A DNA stretch of 52,163 bases from Candidatus Rifleibacteriota bacterium (GTDB taxonomy: Bacteria; Muiribacteriota; Ozemobacteria; Ozemobacterales; Ozemobacteraceae): the NCBI GenBank assembly GCA_051747585.1, contig JBNJGH010000009.1, positions 1 to 52,163 on the forward strand, written 5' to 3'. A program made the translations under genes and the position numbers. Numbering within the stretch: position 1 is the first letter of the stretch; the number at the start of each line of letters is the position of its first letter. The notes under the pieces were generated by a model, which had not been told where the DNA came from, made no database searches, and saw only the letters and a list, made by a program, of their open reading frames with translations. Of this stretch, positions 28,606 to 38,738 are shown in pieces.

Positions 28606-31122
28606 ATGCTGACAAAAAGGCTTCGCAGTAACAAAAACAACAGGGGCTCAGCATATTTAATAGCTCTGGGAGTGATCGGAGCTCTTATTGTAATTGGCAT
28701 CATGATGTCAAAGCTGACCCTTTCAGGGCGCTGGTCAACTATTTTTGCCAGTCATGATCAAAAAGCAGAAGAATGCGCTGAAGCTGCAACTAATCTGGCC
28801 TTCAGAGTTGTTAAAGAAAACATGAATAATTATGACAGTTTTTATAACTTTCTGAAAGATCCTGATGAGCTGGTTAAAACCTGGTTTATGCATTTTCGTC
28901 TCCCTGCTCCTGTCGCAGATGTATATGTCGATGCCGTCAGCTTTGAAAATGCCGCTAACAATGGTATGGATGTGCAGCTTGACCTTTTTAATTCAAAACT
29001 TTTCCCTTCGATTTTTAAAGATGGAATTCTTTATGTTTATGATACGGTTTCTCCTGACCCAAAATCGCCCCTGGCTCCTTTAAAAGACATGTTTTCTGCT
29101 TTGGGTGGCAGAGTAAGGGTAGAAAGCACATGTAAAATAGTTAAAGCATTTGGCATTATTTCAACGAAAGCAGATTATAAAATTCCAGGAATTAATGCAG
29201 AAACCCAGGTGGTTAAAGGTTTCCTTGGGAATCTGGTCGACAAAATTAATGGTGACAAGCTTTCTTTCAGAGTTGATCTGATAGAATTTCTGCCCAATAA
29301 GCCTTTGCTGAAAGCACCCGAACTTTCTTTGACCGATACATATATAGTTCAAGGCGTTCCAGTCCCGCTTAAGCCTATTGTTCAGCCCATTCTCGATAAT
29401 ATTTTCAAAAAAATTCAAAAAGAGCTTGGCTTAACTGTAAGAAAACTCGCAAAAAAGGTTTTTGGCGATGCGCTCGAGTTTGAACTTGATTTTGACGCTA
29501 TTCAGGAAAAGGTGAAAAATACTATTACCAGCGCATTGCCTGATTATTTTACCTTTTTCAAAGGAGCTGCGGCGTTTGATGTAACCGTTGAAAAGCAGGG
29601 CTTTTTTGAGATTCGTACTAAAGTTCAATATTCTCCTTATTATCCAAAAGATGGACCTACGCTCGAGAAAACTCTGGTAATGCAGCGTGAATTCAGGGTC
29701 GCCGATATTCAACCTGTTGCCCCTGATCATTCGTTTTTTATTGCTAACTCGAGGCTTCCTTATGAAAATAAAGACCTGGAAAACAAAGAAAATTGGAAAG
29801 GTAACGAGAAGATAGATTTTAACAAAGGAATGGGGTTTTTGTCAGTTCACAACATTCCCGGATTCGACACTCTTCTGAAAAGCCTCGATGGGTTGACATC
29901 ACTTAATCTTAAGCAACTTTGCAACGAGCTTAAATTACCCGGAAGAGTTAGAGTTAATGGCACGAAGCCCATGCGAATTTTTCTGGGTATGTTCGACACA
30001 TTCCCGCCAAAGACCAAAGACGATCTAAGGAAAATCGAAATAGCCGCTTTGCTTTTGCCTCATGAAGACACGAGTGATTCGCCTATGCCTGAACCCGCAT
30101 GCGTAGACAAACATCCGGATGGAGACAGATCACACAATGTGGTTCCAGGTTTCAAATCGGTTATGTATAATTTCTGGGCAAAGGGTGAACCCTTTGATTG
30201 GGGTTATTTCAGCACAGCAGATCCCGGTGGCATGGGCACTTACTGGGTGCCGGTCTTGCCGGTTTTCAGGCACACCATGCTGTTTGGTGATTTTCATGTT
30301 GAGTTTCCTTTCTCCCTTAGAGTCGAGGGAAATTTACGCAAAATCTATACCCATATAAAAATAATGATTGTAAAAATTTTCATTCCTCCTATTCCAATCA
30401 TTGGCTTTATGGGGCTTGATATCCCTATTCCCTGGTTGTGGGCTACGAACCACGAAGAGCCCTATGGTTTCTGTAAATATCCTCCTTACTCAAGCGAAGA
30501 TGAGGCTGAAACCCTCTGGGATCCGGAAGACCCTAAAAACCTGCCACCAAATCTCTATGCGCCCAGCCAGTATTTAAAAAAGGCAAGCTATTATTATGAA
30601 ACCTCAAGTGATTTTCTGAAAGATTTTGATAACAGATGCATAGATTACAATGGCAAAAAAACATTTATTTGTGATGGGGTTACTTTTGTAAATGACAATC
30701 TCTGGCTGCCGGAAATGCATGTAATGGGGCGTGGAATGATAGTGGCTGCGGCAAATATTCATCTTGGTGGTAGTGTAACTAAAGAAGAATATGATCCAAA
30801 CGGTAATTCGACGGTTTTTTCGCTGATTGCACGAAATGGAGCTGTAATTAACAATTACCAGAATATAGATGTCCATGCCTGCCTGTTTTCAGACCGTGGG
30901 CTGCGTAATACCATTGGTTCTAAATTGAAGATTTACGGTAATCTGGTGATGAACAGGTATGATTCCAGCCAGTGCCAGGGAGAAATAGACGTTTATTATC
31001 ATTCGAATCACTGTCGCAGTTCTTTGATTTCAATGATAAAGCCTATAGCTAAATTTGATCCTACAAGGTATTATGTGACCTTCAGTTCTCGGCTCGAGAA
31101 GTTTGAATTCCTTAAAAAGTGA
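28606..31122 (+). CDS. Large PilX/GspK-like pilin-family protein
   Basis: Basic leader then NRG|SAYLIALGVIGALIVIG (no Glu5), KAEECAEAA helix and a C-terminal beta-helix-like G.G.IVA..NI region. Confidence 0.75.
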   Translation: MLTKRLRSNKNNRGSAYLIALGVIGALIVIGIMMSKLTLSGRWSTIFASHDQKAEECAEAATNLAFRVVKENMNNYDSFYNFLKDPDELVKTWFMHFRLPAPVADVYVDAVSFENAANNGMDVQLDLFNSKLFPSIFKDGILYVYDTVSPDPKSPLAPLKDMFSALGGRVRVESTCKIVKAFGIISTKADYKIPGINAETQVVKGFLGNLVDKINGDKLSFRVDLIEFLPNKPLLKAPELSLTDTYIVQGVPVPLKPIVQPILDNIFKKIQKELGLTVRKLAKKVFGDALEFELDFDAIQEKVKNTITSALPDYFTFFKGAAAFDVTVEKQGFFEIRTKVQYSPYYPKDGPTLEKTLVMQREFRVADIQPVAPDHSFFIANSRLPYENKDLENKENWKGNEKIDFNKGMGFLSVHNIPGFDTLLKSLDGLTSLNLKQLCNELKLPGRVRVNGTKPMRIFLGMFDTFPPKTKDDLRKIEIAALLLPHEDTSDSPMPEPACVDKHPDGDRSHNVVPGFKSVMYNFWAKGEPFDWGYFSTADPGGMGTYWVPVLPVFRHTMLFGDFHVEFPFSLRVEGNLRKIYTHIKIMIVKIFIPPIPIIGFMGLDIPIPWLWATNHEEPYGFCKYPPYSSEDEAETLWDPEDPKNLPPNLYAPSQYLKKASYYYETSSDFLKDFDNRCIDYNGKKTFICDGVTFVNDNLWLPEMHVMGRGMIVAAANIHLGGSVTKEEYDPNGNSTVFSLIARNGAVINNYQNIDVHACLFSDRGLRNTIGSKLKIYGNLVMNRYDSSQCQGEIDVYYHSNHCRSSLISMIKPIAKFDPTRYYVTFSSRLEKFEFLKK

Positions 31123-31135
31123 CGGCCTAGTTATT

Positions 31136-31612
31136 ATGGTTTTGTTTGCAGATATAAAAAACAGCAGCAGTGGAATAACTCTGCTTGAGGTGTTTATTGC
31201 TGTTGCAGTGCTTATGATGGCAATTATTCCGATTTTCTACCATTCTTCAGATGATGCTGCTACCGCTCTTGAAACCGAAAAAATCCAAAAGGCTGACCAC
31301 ATTCTGCAGAGTGTTAAAGAAGAGCTGGTGACTATGCCTTTTAAAAAATTTAACGTTGCCACCGAGGAAGCTGCTGATGATGATTACGGCCCTTATGAGC
31401 TTCCATCGGGATTTTTTCCGGTAACCTATAACGAAGTTCTGGAGTTACAGAAAAAATATCGTGATTTTCAGATTGTTGGTACCTGGTCATATCTTATTCG
31501 TAATGACAAGGTTGATCGATCAATGGTTCAGGTTGATATGATGGTGTACTGGGATCGTCCTAAAGCTCCGCCAATTAAGAGAACCAAATCCATGCTTATT
31601 GTAAAACCCTGA
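31136..31612 (+). CDS. Type IV minor pilin/pseudopilin (PilV/GspI-like)
   Basis: Class III signal G|ITLLEVFIAVAVLMMAIIP; ATG 31136 preferred over TTG 31103. Confidence 0.82.
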   Translation: MVLFADIKNSSSGITLLEVFIAVAVLMMAIIPIFYHSSDDAATALETEKIQKADHILQSVKEELVTMPFKKFNVATEEAADDDYGPYELPSGFFPVTYNEVLELQKKYRDFQIVGTWSYLIRNDKVDRSMVQVDMMVYWDRPKAPPIKRTKSMLIVKP

Positions 31613-31626
31613 GAGGAGAATTTGTA

Positions 31627-32691
31627 ATGAAACGCAAAGGAATTACGCTGGTTGAGATACTGGTTGCCTTTTTCATCCTTTCTCTTATTTCTACTACCTT
31701 CTATTATATTTTAAAAACTGCTTCCCACAAAAGAGCGGTTATTACATGTCGGGAAGAAGCCAAAAGAGAGGTTGGCAAAATTCTAAAGATTTTAACCCAT
31801 GATTTGCAGCAGGCTCGGCTTGAGTCCTTTGAAAATATAGGTGATGAGATTATTAGAATTAAGGTTAGAAAACCTGATTCAGATAAAGACGTAAAGCTCG
31901 AATATCATTACAAGGAGCCTTTTTTAAGACGAAAATTTATGGGCAAAGCATGGCTTGTCAGCGAGAACCTGGAAAAATTTTCAGTCGAAAAAATTCCCGA
32001 TTCACCCGGACAACTTATAGTTGAAGTTAAATCGGCCTTTGCTTTTGATGGCTTGAAGCAGGATGAAGCACAGATTCATGAAATGAGTCAGATGATTGTC
32101 ATGCGCGAAGATGCGGCAAAAGCTTCTGATCCTCATTGGAGAGATGTTGGTTCGGTATCGCAGTTTTTCAAAACTCAGGGAGATTTGCTCGCTGGGATTA
32201 AATCAGATGCCAAACAGGTCGTTCAAGAAGTGGGAACTGAATTTGAAAATATGGCTGAAGATATTAAAGATATGACTATCGGACAGATCGATCGGGCAAA
32301 ACAAAAGCTTAAATCCAGTCTTGATAATGTTGAAAACAAAATTCTGGATATAGACAGCAAAGTTGCCGATCTCGATCCTGAGGCTGTTTTTGATATGGGC
32401 AGCAGTGGTTTTTCCCGTGTTTGGGGCGGAGTAAGCGGTCGTACCAAGCGACTCAAAAAGAAGGCTAAAAAAATTAAAAAAGCTCTGCAGGATATGAAGA
32501 AAAAAGGTGAAATGAACTGGAGCAAGATAAGAGGTATTGCCGGCGGAGATAAAGATCGATTACGTAGAACTGCCAAAGAATTATTTACCGCCAAGAGTGA
32601 TATCTTTAACGCAGGTTCTGAAATAATTAAGAGCATGAAGAGCTTTGACATGGACACATCAGACATAGATCTGAGTAAATGGGGGCTTTAA
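31627..32691 (+). CDS. Type IV minor pilin/pseudopilin (PilW/GspJ-like) with C-terminal coiled-coil extension
   Basis: MKRKG|ITLVEILVAFFIL; GAGGAG RBS. Confidence 0.85.
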   Translation: MKRKGITLVEILVAFFILSLISTTFYYILKTASHKRAVITCREEAKREVGKILKILTHDLQQARLESFENIGDEIIRIKVRKPDSDKDVKLEYHYKEPFLRRKFMGKAWLVSENLEKFSVEKIPDSPGQLIVEVKSAFAFDGLKQDEAQIHEMSQMIVMREDAAKASDPHWRDVGSVSQFFKTQGDLLAGIKSDAKQVVQEVGTEFENMAEDIKDMTIGQIDRAKQKLKSSLDNVENKILDIDSKVADLDPEAVFDMGSSGFSRVWGGVSGRTKRLKKKAKKIKKALQDMKKKGEMNWSKIRGIAGGDKDRLRRTAKELFTAKSDIFNAGSEIIKSMKSFDMDTSDIDLSKWGL

Positions 32692-32761
32692 CACTTATCA
32701 GTATTGACAGCCTCATATTCTATAACCTTGCAGCTGAAAGAATTACTTAAACTTATTGTTA

Positions 32762-34435
32762 ATGGGAATAAGACTTAAAATTGCCCTCGGATTTATATTA
32801 CTAACCGTTGGAGTCATTTCGGCGGTTTCTTTCTGGGCTGCTCAGAGTTTGGGATTTTCGATCGATCGCTCAGACTTTGAAAAGTTGAAATCTTTCAAGT
32901 CTGAGGTTTTAAATTATCTTGATCAGGAACAAAAAAATCTTAATCTAACCTGTGAACAGATTGCCGGTTCTTTTTCGAACCTGAATATGCTGGAACAATC
33001 TGAGCAGGACATAGAAGTTTACTGCGAAACTTTAAAAAACAATCTTGATCTTGACTGGCTGCTAATTGATAAACAGAGTAAATCTACGAGCATTAAAAAC
33101 AAGCCTCGTCTTTCTCTGCAACCTACTGTGGCTGTTCCAAAACGTCTGGCACAAAATGGTCCTTATTCCCATCATGCCTACCTTGTTGCAAGCAGTAAGA
33201 TATATAAAAATACCAGAATAACAATTGCAACTAGAGCTAAAATTAGTAATTTAAATGTCCCGTTGCTCTGCTTATTCGACAATAATGGAGTTCTTGAACG
33301 CAAGATATTTCGTGAGAATATCGATTTTGCAAAACGGCTTAAAGAAGGGCAATCTACGGTTCAGCTTAATTATGAAGGTGAGTTATACCGGGTTAGAGCT
33401 TTTTCGATCAATAACGGCATCGGGCTGATTGTCGGCTACCCGGCTCAGAGAGCGGTTATTTCCCGTCCAGATATAGATCAATTGATGCTGAGGTTGTCAA
33501 TTCTTCAGGTAATCGGTCTTCTCATCCTTGGTTACTTTCTTGGACGCAAACTACTTGAGCCATTACGGGTCCTGGGAAGCGGAATAGAAAAGGTTGCTCA
33601 GGGCGATTGGAAGCAGATTCCATTAGATCAGGCGCCAATGGTCGATTGCGGCGACGAAATAGAAGCTGTTGCACAAAGTTTTAATAAGATGGTCGATGAG
33701 CTGGCAATGGCGCAAAGCAGACTGATAGAAGTTCAAAAAGAGCTCGCCAAAAAAGATAAACTGGCAGCGCTTGGCCGGTTTTCTGCCGGTATTGCTCACG
33801 AAATAAATAATCCTCTGGGAACAATCCTGGCCAATGCAGGTTTGCTTAAAGAAGCCATTGAAAAAGGTGCTGAAGTCAGTGTAGATGAAATCGAAGAAAT
33901 AGTTGAAGAAGTAAAAAGATGTAAAAACATTATAACAACTCTAAGAACCTATACCGGGCAAACAAGGCCAAATCTTGTAAAAAAAGATTTCGAACAGACT
34001 TTTAATCATTTGACAGAATTTTTGATAAACAATAAAGAGTTTTCTTCTATAGTTTTTAAATTAAAAAACAGAGCCAAAGGAAGCTTGCTTGTTGATGAGC
34101 AGGGTTTGAAAAGAGTTATGATAAACCTTTGTAAAAATTCTGTTGATGCGATGAAACGTAATAAGTTTAAAGAAATTGTCATAGAGGCTTATAATCTTAA
34201 CGAGGGCTTTGTTATAAATTTTCAGGATAATGGCGAGGGTTTTGAATGTGATCCTGAGCTTATTTTTGAGCCTCTTTTTACAACGAAAATCAAAGGGACA
34301 GGGCTTGGATTGATAATTTGCCAGGCGATTGTCGAGGGGCATGGTGGAAAAATTAAAGTAAAAAGATGTGAAAATAGAACAATTTTTGAGATAATGTTAC
34401 CAGGTGCTAAAGAAAAAATAGAGGTTGGGGAATAG
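32762..34435 (+). CDS. HAMP-domain sensor histidine kinase (NtrB/HydH-like)
   Basis: Two TMs, HAMP, GIAHEINNPL, NLCKNSVDA, DNGEG and FEPLFTTK..GTGLGL. Confidence 0.93.
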   Translation: MGIRLKIALGFILLTVGVISAVSFWAAQSLGFSIDRSDFEKLKSFKSEVLNYLDQEQKNLNLTCEQIAGSFSNLNMLEQSEQDIEVYCETLKNNLDLDWLLIDKQSKSTSIKNKPRLSLQPTVAVPKRLAQNGPYSHHAYLVASSKIYKNTRITIATRAKISNLNVPLLCLFDNNGVLERKIFRENIDFAKRLKEGQSTVQLNYEGELYRVRAFSINNGIGLIVGYPAQRAVISRPDIDQLMLRLSILQVIGLLILGYFLGRKLLEPLRVLGSGIEKVAQGDWKQIPLDQAPMVDCGDEIEAVAQSFNKMVDELAMAQSRLIEVQKELAKKDKLAALGRFSAGIAHEINNPLGTILANAGLLKEAIEKGAEVSVDEIEEIVEEVKRCKNIITTLRTYTGQTRPNLVKKDFEQTFNHLTEFLINNKEFSSIVFKLKNRAKGSLLVDEQGLKRVMINLCKNSVDAMKRNKFKEIVIEAYNLNEGFVINFQDNGEGFECDPELIFEPLFTTKIKGTGLGLIICQAIVEGHGGKIKVKRCENRTIFEIMLPGAKEKIEVGE

Positions 34436-34437
34436 AT

Positions 34438-35781
34438 ATGAAATATAAAATTCTACTCGTAGACGATGAGAGTAAATTATTAAAAGCATTAAAAAAAGCA
34501 CTTGAATTAGATGGATACGAAGTGTTTGATTTTTCCAATCCAATTTTGGCTCTGGAATTTTTGCATAAAAGAAAAGTTGACCTGGTTATTTCAGATATCA
34601 GAATGAGTGGTATGACCGGTATAGAGTTGCTTGGTAAACTTAAAGAAGTTTATCCCGACATTCCATGTATATTAATGACAGCCTTCTCTTCGGTTGAGTC
34701 GGCGGTAACTGCAGTTAAACTCGGAGCGAGCGATTATCTGTTAAAGCCTTTTGAGTTGCCGGAATTTAAACAGGCAGTGATTAAAGCGCTTTCTGCTAAA
34801 GAAGGCGAATCGACAATTAATGATTTTCAAACTTTAATCGGGAACTCTGATGAAATTAAACAGGTGAAGCAGATTATTGCCAGTGTCGCCGATACCGACA
34901 GTACTGTTCTAATTTCCGGGGAAAGTGGAACGGGCAAAGAATTGGTTGCCCGGGAAATTCATAAAGCTTCTTTGCGCAAAGACAAGCCTTTTGTTCCGGT
35001 TAATTGTAGCGCAATTCCCGAGTCTCTTTTCGAAAGCGAAATGTTCGGGCATAAAAAAGGGAGTTTTACCGGCGCTATCGTTGATAAGGTTGGTATTTTT
35101 AAGGATGCAGACGGAGGAACTCTTTTTCTTGATGAGATTGGAGACTTAACCCAGGCGAATCAGGCCAAGCTTTTGCGCGTTTTGCAGGATGGCAGCTTTA
35201 AGCCGGTAGGTGGAAACAATAGCTTGAGCACCAATGTCAGGGTGATTTCTGCGACCAATAGGATTTTAAAAGATGAGGTTAAAGCAGGAAATTTTAGAGA
35301 AGATCTGCTTTATCGTATAAACATTGTTGAAATTATTATTCCCCCTTTAAGGCAAAGAAAAAAAGACATTGAAGCACTTGCGAAGCATTTTATAAAAAGA
35401 TTTGCCGGCCGTCATTCTCGCGAAGTTTCTTCGGGCTCCGAAGACTTTTTTGCGGCTTTAAAAACTTATGACTGGCCCGGAAACGTCAGGCAGCTGGAAA
35501 ATTTTATTGAACGGGCTGTTATTATGAAGCGAAGTGGAATTCTTGAGGCTTCTGATCTTAATCTACCTGAGAGTAACTTTGACAGTTATAGTTCTGATTT
35601 TCTGGAAGGCTATAGTGAACAGCCACTGCAGGAAACCATGGGTAAAATTGAAGAAAGCATAATTAAACAGGCTTTGAAAAGTTCCGGATGGAACTACTCA
35701 AAAGCAGCTTCAATGCTAGGGGTAACTCGACAAAATCTTCATTATAAGTTGAAAAAATATGGCATCTTCAAAAAATCTTAA
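34438..35781 (+). CDS. Sigma54-dependent response regulator (NtrC family)
   Basis: REC domain, GESGTGKE, ESEMFGH..GSFTGA, LFLDEIG, WPGNVRQL and a Fis-type HTH. Confidence 0.97.
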   Translation: MKYKILLVDDESKLLKALKKALELDGYEVFDFSNPILALEFLHKRKVDLVISDIRMSGMTGIELLGKLKEVYPDIPCILMTAFSSVESAVTAVKLGASDYLLKPFELPEFKQAVIKALSAKEGESTINDFQTLIGNSDEIKQVKQIIASVADTDSTVLISGESGTGKELVAREIHKASLRKDKPFVPVNCSAIPESLFESEMFGHKKGSFTGAIVDKVGIFKDADGGTLFLDEIGDLTQANQAKLLRVLQDGSFKPVGGNNSLSTNVRVISATNRILKDEVKAGNFREDLLYRINIVEIIIPPLRQRKKDIEALAKHFIKRFAGRHSREVSSGSEDFFAALKTYDWPGNVRQLENFIERAVIMKRSGILEASDLNLPESNFDSYSSDFLEGYSEQPLQETMGKIEESIIKQALKSSGWNYSKAASMLGVTRQNLHYKLKKYGIFKKS

Positions 35782-36970
35782 AACTTTACTTTTTTTAGCG
35801 GTTGCTATTGCTGGTTCTTTTTGCCCCGGATTTGCGGGCGAATTTGAATTTACTGTTGAAAAGTCCGGTAATAATGATGTTTTAATTCGATTTGCCGAAA
35901 CTTTGTCACTTGATACGGTTGTGTTTCCCGTTTATAACAAGGAACTCTGGGGAGAAAGAGTAAAGTGCCGAGCCGTAGTTTTAAAGTGTGGCAATAGAAA
36001 GATTCTTGGCTCAGCAGGTAATGATCAAAAAGAAATTGTGTTTAAACTCGGTGGTCTTTTGGCTGAACAAATTTTTGTTTCGCCCGTATACCTTGAAAAG
36101 AATGTTGACGGCTCTGGGGGTTCAATAAAATTAAACGCAACAAGAGGGGTAACCAGGCAAATCGAAGATGAAATCGCCGCTCTTACTCTTGAAGTAAATG
36201 CTTTTCAGAGAAGGCATAATTGTTTTTCCTGCCATACCGCTTTGCCATTGGCTTTGTTGATAGATCAAGCTGAGCAGAAGAAATTCAAGACTCCAAAAGC
36301 AGAAGTCAGGCATATGCTTAAAAAGATTGAGGGGCTGCAAAAAGCTGACGGGAGCTATAATTTTGCCAGCCAGCCGGATTATGGCACAATTACTCCGACT
36401 CTATGCGCCGGAGCTGTTTTTTCTTTGCTTTCTAATATTGGCTACGACATAGAAACGGTCTTGACAAAAATTGTGACACTATTTCCTGATTGGCGTGATG
36501 AAAAGGGGTATATGGGATCTGATTTTTTCTTCAGGCCCCTGATGGTTGGTAGACCTGCTTCTGCGCTTTTTGAAGCTTTTACCATTGCCGGACTGTATTA
36601 CCCGAACTTTCTCAGTTTAAGCACTCAGCAGCGACACAACTATCGTAAGCGTCTCGCTTTCATAATTAAAAACTTTAAAAGCGACCCATCTTTGAATCCG
36701 GCAACAAACTTGCTCTTTTTAACAGGCTTGCCTTATATCGGTCAATTTGACTCGTCAGAACGTCAAAAGCTCGAACAGCAATTGTTCAAGTTTGTTAAAA
36801 CTGATTCTAAAACTGTAAACATTGAAGTGCTCGGTTTGTTGAGTATTGTTTTTTCGCGATTGAATTTTCAGCCTGGAATTGAATATATAGAAAAAATAAA
36901 TTTGCAACCGCAAAACCTTTCAGAAAAGATATGGCATTGTCTTATCGATGTTACACTTAACAACCCGTAA
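35759..36970 (+). CDS. Secreted hypothetical protein with CxxCH and prenyltransferase-like repeat
   Basis: Signal peptide, CFSCH and LQKADGSY. Confidence 0.75.
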   Translation: MASSKNLKTLLFLAVAIAGSFCPGFAGEFEFTVEKSGNNDVLIRFAETLSLDTVVFPVYNKELWGERVKCRAVVLKCGNRKILGSAGNDQKEIVFKLGGLLAEQIFVSPVYLEKNVDGSGGSIKLNATRGVTRQIEDEIAALTLEVNAFQRRHNCFSCHTALPLALLIDQAEQKKFKTPKAEVRHMLKKIEGLQKADGSYNFASQPDYGTITPTLCAGAVFSLLSNIGYDIETVLTKIVTLFPDWRDEKGYMGSDFFFRPLMVGRPASALFEAFTIAGLYYPNFLSLSTQQRHNYRKRLAFIIKNFKSDPSLNPATNLLFLTGLPYIGQFDSSERQKLEQQLFKFVKTDSKTVNIEVLGLLSIVFSRLNFQPGIEYIEKINLQPQNLSEKIWHCLIDVTLNNP

Positions 36971-37011
36971 ATTCGTTATTGATTCTGTTTATCAAGCCGA
37001 TAATGCTTTTA

Positions 37012-38340
37012 ATGAAAAATAAAACATTGCCGTTTAACGTTTGTATCGCTTTTATGGCTTTATTGATGCTTACTTTGCCCCTTCAGGGGAGATCCTTTTC
37101 TGAGAATTCGCCACCGGATGCTCAGAAAGATTTTAATATTTTAAGCGAAAAAATAAAAAAAAATCCCCGCGATGTAGCTTCGATTAATTCTCTGGGTATT
37201 CTTTACGCGAGAATGAAGCAACTTCAAGAGGCTGTTAAATTATGGCGATATGCTTTACAGATTAATCCGCGTTACCTGCATCTTTACAATAATCTTGGCT
37301 CTGCTTATAAGCAGATGGGACGTCGCGCCCAAGCCAGAATTGTATTTAAATCGGGTTTGAGTATTTCTGAGTCACACTGGATTTACTATAATCTTGGATT
37401 GTTGGAGCAGGAAGACGGGAATGTAGTTGCTGCTGCAAACTGTTTTAAAAACAGTCTTCGATTACAACCAGATTTCGTACCTGCAGAAAGAAGATTGATG
37501 GAGCTTGGCTACAACCTGGGCCCGAGCCGAAAAAAAAGTAAACTTTTAAGTTTGGGCAGTTACAAACATCCGGTTTCTATGAACGGGAACATTGGTTTTC
37601 AGCGAATGTTGCCCAATGGCGGGCGAAAATATGGCAAAACTGGAGAAAAATACAAAGCTTTATATGGCAATGGCGCCAGAAACAATCTAAGAGAGCCTTT
37701 CAAACCTTTAGGCCTGGCTTCCTGTACAGAAATTATAAAAAGTTTCAAGGCCGAAAAAGGTGAAAAATACATTGCTTTAACTTTCGATGATGGCCCACAC
37801 CAGGAGAATACCGCAGAGATTCTTAAAGTCTTGAACAAAAACAAAGTAAAAGCCACTTTTTTTGTGGTAGGAACCAGAGCTCAACTTTACCCTGAAGTTT
37901 TAGCCCGGATAAGTCAGGCTGGTCACGCACTTGGCAACCATTCATGGTATCATAAGTCTCTGGCTAAACAAACTAAAAGTCGGTCGCTTGATTCCTTGCA
38001 GAAAACAAATGATTTAATCAGTGGAATTACGGGGAAACCCTGCTATTTAGTGCGCCCACCATACGGTCACACCAATGAGAAAGTAAAAAAACTAATTCAT
38101 GAACAGGGTTGGCATGAAGTCATGTGGGATTGTGACAGTCGTGACTGGGAAAATAAAGACCCCGATCATATTCTTTTCAGGATTATGAAGTCGATTGCTC
38201 CGGGAAGCATTGTTTTGTTGCATGATATTCATCCCGGTGCCGCCGGCATGTTACAGACTCTAATTACCGCTTTTAAAAAAGAAAATTATCGTTTTATTAC
38301 TATACCGGAACTGATTAAAATCAAATCAGGAACAAGCTAA
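37012..38340 (+). CDS. TPR-containing polysaccharide deacetylase (NodB/CE4)
   Basis: Signal peptide, TPRs, then ALTFDDGP, ATFFVVG, GNHSWYH, RPPYG, DSRDW and LLHD. Confidence 0.93.
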   Translation: MKNKTLPFNVCIAFMALLMLTLPLQGRSFSENSPPDAQKDFNILSEKIKKNPRDVASINSLGILYARMKQLQEAVKLWRYALQINPRYLHLYNNLGSAYKQMGRRAQARIVFKSGLSISESHWIYYNLGLLEQEDGNVVAAANCFKNSLRLQPDFVPAERRLMELGYNLGPSRKKSKLLSLGSYKHPVSMNGNIGFQRMLPNGGRKYGKTGEKYKALYGNGARNNLREPFKPLGLASCTEIIKSFKAEKGEKYIALTFDDGPHQENTAEILKVLNKNKVKATFFVVGTRAQLYPEVLARISQAGHALGNHSWYHKSLAKQTKSRSLDSLQKTNDLISGITGKPCYLVRPPYGHTNEKVKKLIHEQGWHEVMWDCDSRDWENKDPDHILFRIMKSIAPGSIVLLHDIHPGAAGMLQTLITAFKKENYRFITIPELIKIKSGTS

Positions 38341-38395
38341 TTTGCCTTGACCTGCAGGTTTAGCAATTGTATAAAAAGGCAGAAGGTATAATTAT

Positions 38396-38611
38396 ATGTG
38401 GATAGTAATATTAAATTTCTGCTTGTTTCTATTTTTGCTTGGAATTTTTCTTTATGGCTTGAAATACTGGAATAGCCTTATTTCAGAGCCCGAAGAAGAT
38501 GAAGCTGACAATATTGAAATTGAAACCTTCTATTACCGCCTTCCCTTTTATATTATTGTTTCTGCCTGCGGCATATATTCAATAATTGCCGGGTTTACTG
38601 CACTCTGGTAG
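38396..38611 (+). CDS. Small two-TM hypothetical protein
   Basis: 71 aa, two hydrophobic segments around an acidic loop; GAAGG upstream. Confidence 0.6.
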   Translation: MWIVILNFCLFLFLLGIFLYGLKYWNSLISEPEEDEADNIEIETFYYRLPFYIIVSACGIYSIIAGFTALW

Positions 38612-38630
38612 TGTTTTTGCATCTTATTTT

Positions 38631-38656
38631 GGTCACTGAGCGGAGTCGAAGTGACC
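38631..38656. repeat. Solitary REP-like palindrome
   Basis: GGTCACT-GAGCGGAGTCGA-AGTGACC; GC-rich hairpin in AT-rich intergenic DNA. Confidence 0.55.
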
Positions 38657-38738
38657 TGGCGCTCTATTCTAAAAATTGAAAATCAGCTGAAACTGGTTTA
38701 TGCTTAAATATACAAGCTTTGCGGATAAGAGGGGCAAT

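Noticed and set aside
35040..35080. GSFTGA instead of GAFTGA in the NtrC-type activator
   Set aside because: Common functional variant, not unusual.
36977..37003. Sigma28 (FliA) promoter (GCCGATAA at 36996-37003)
   Set aside because: The -10 is perfect but there is no TAAA -35 at the right spacing; may be chance.
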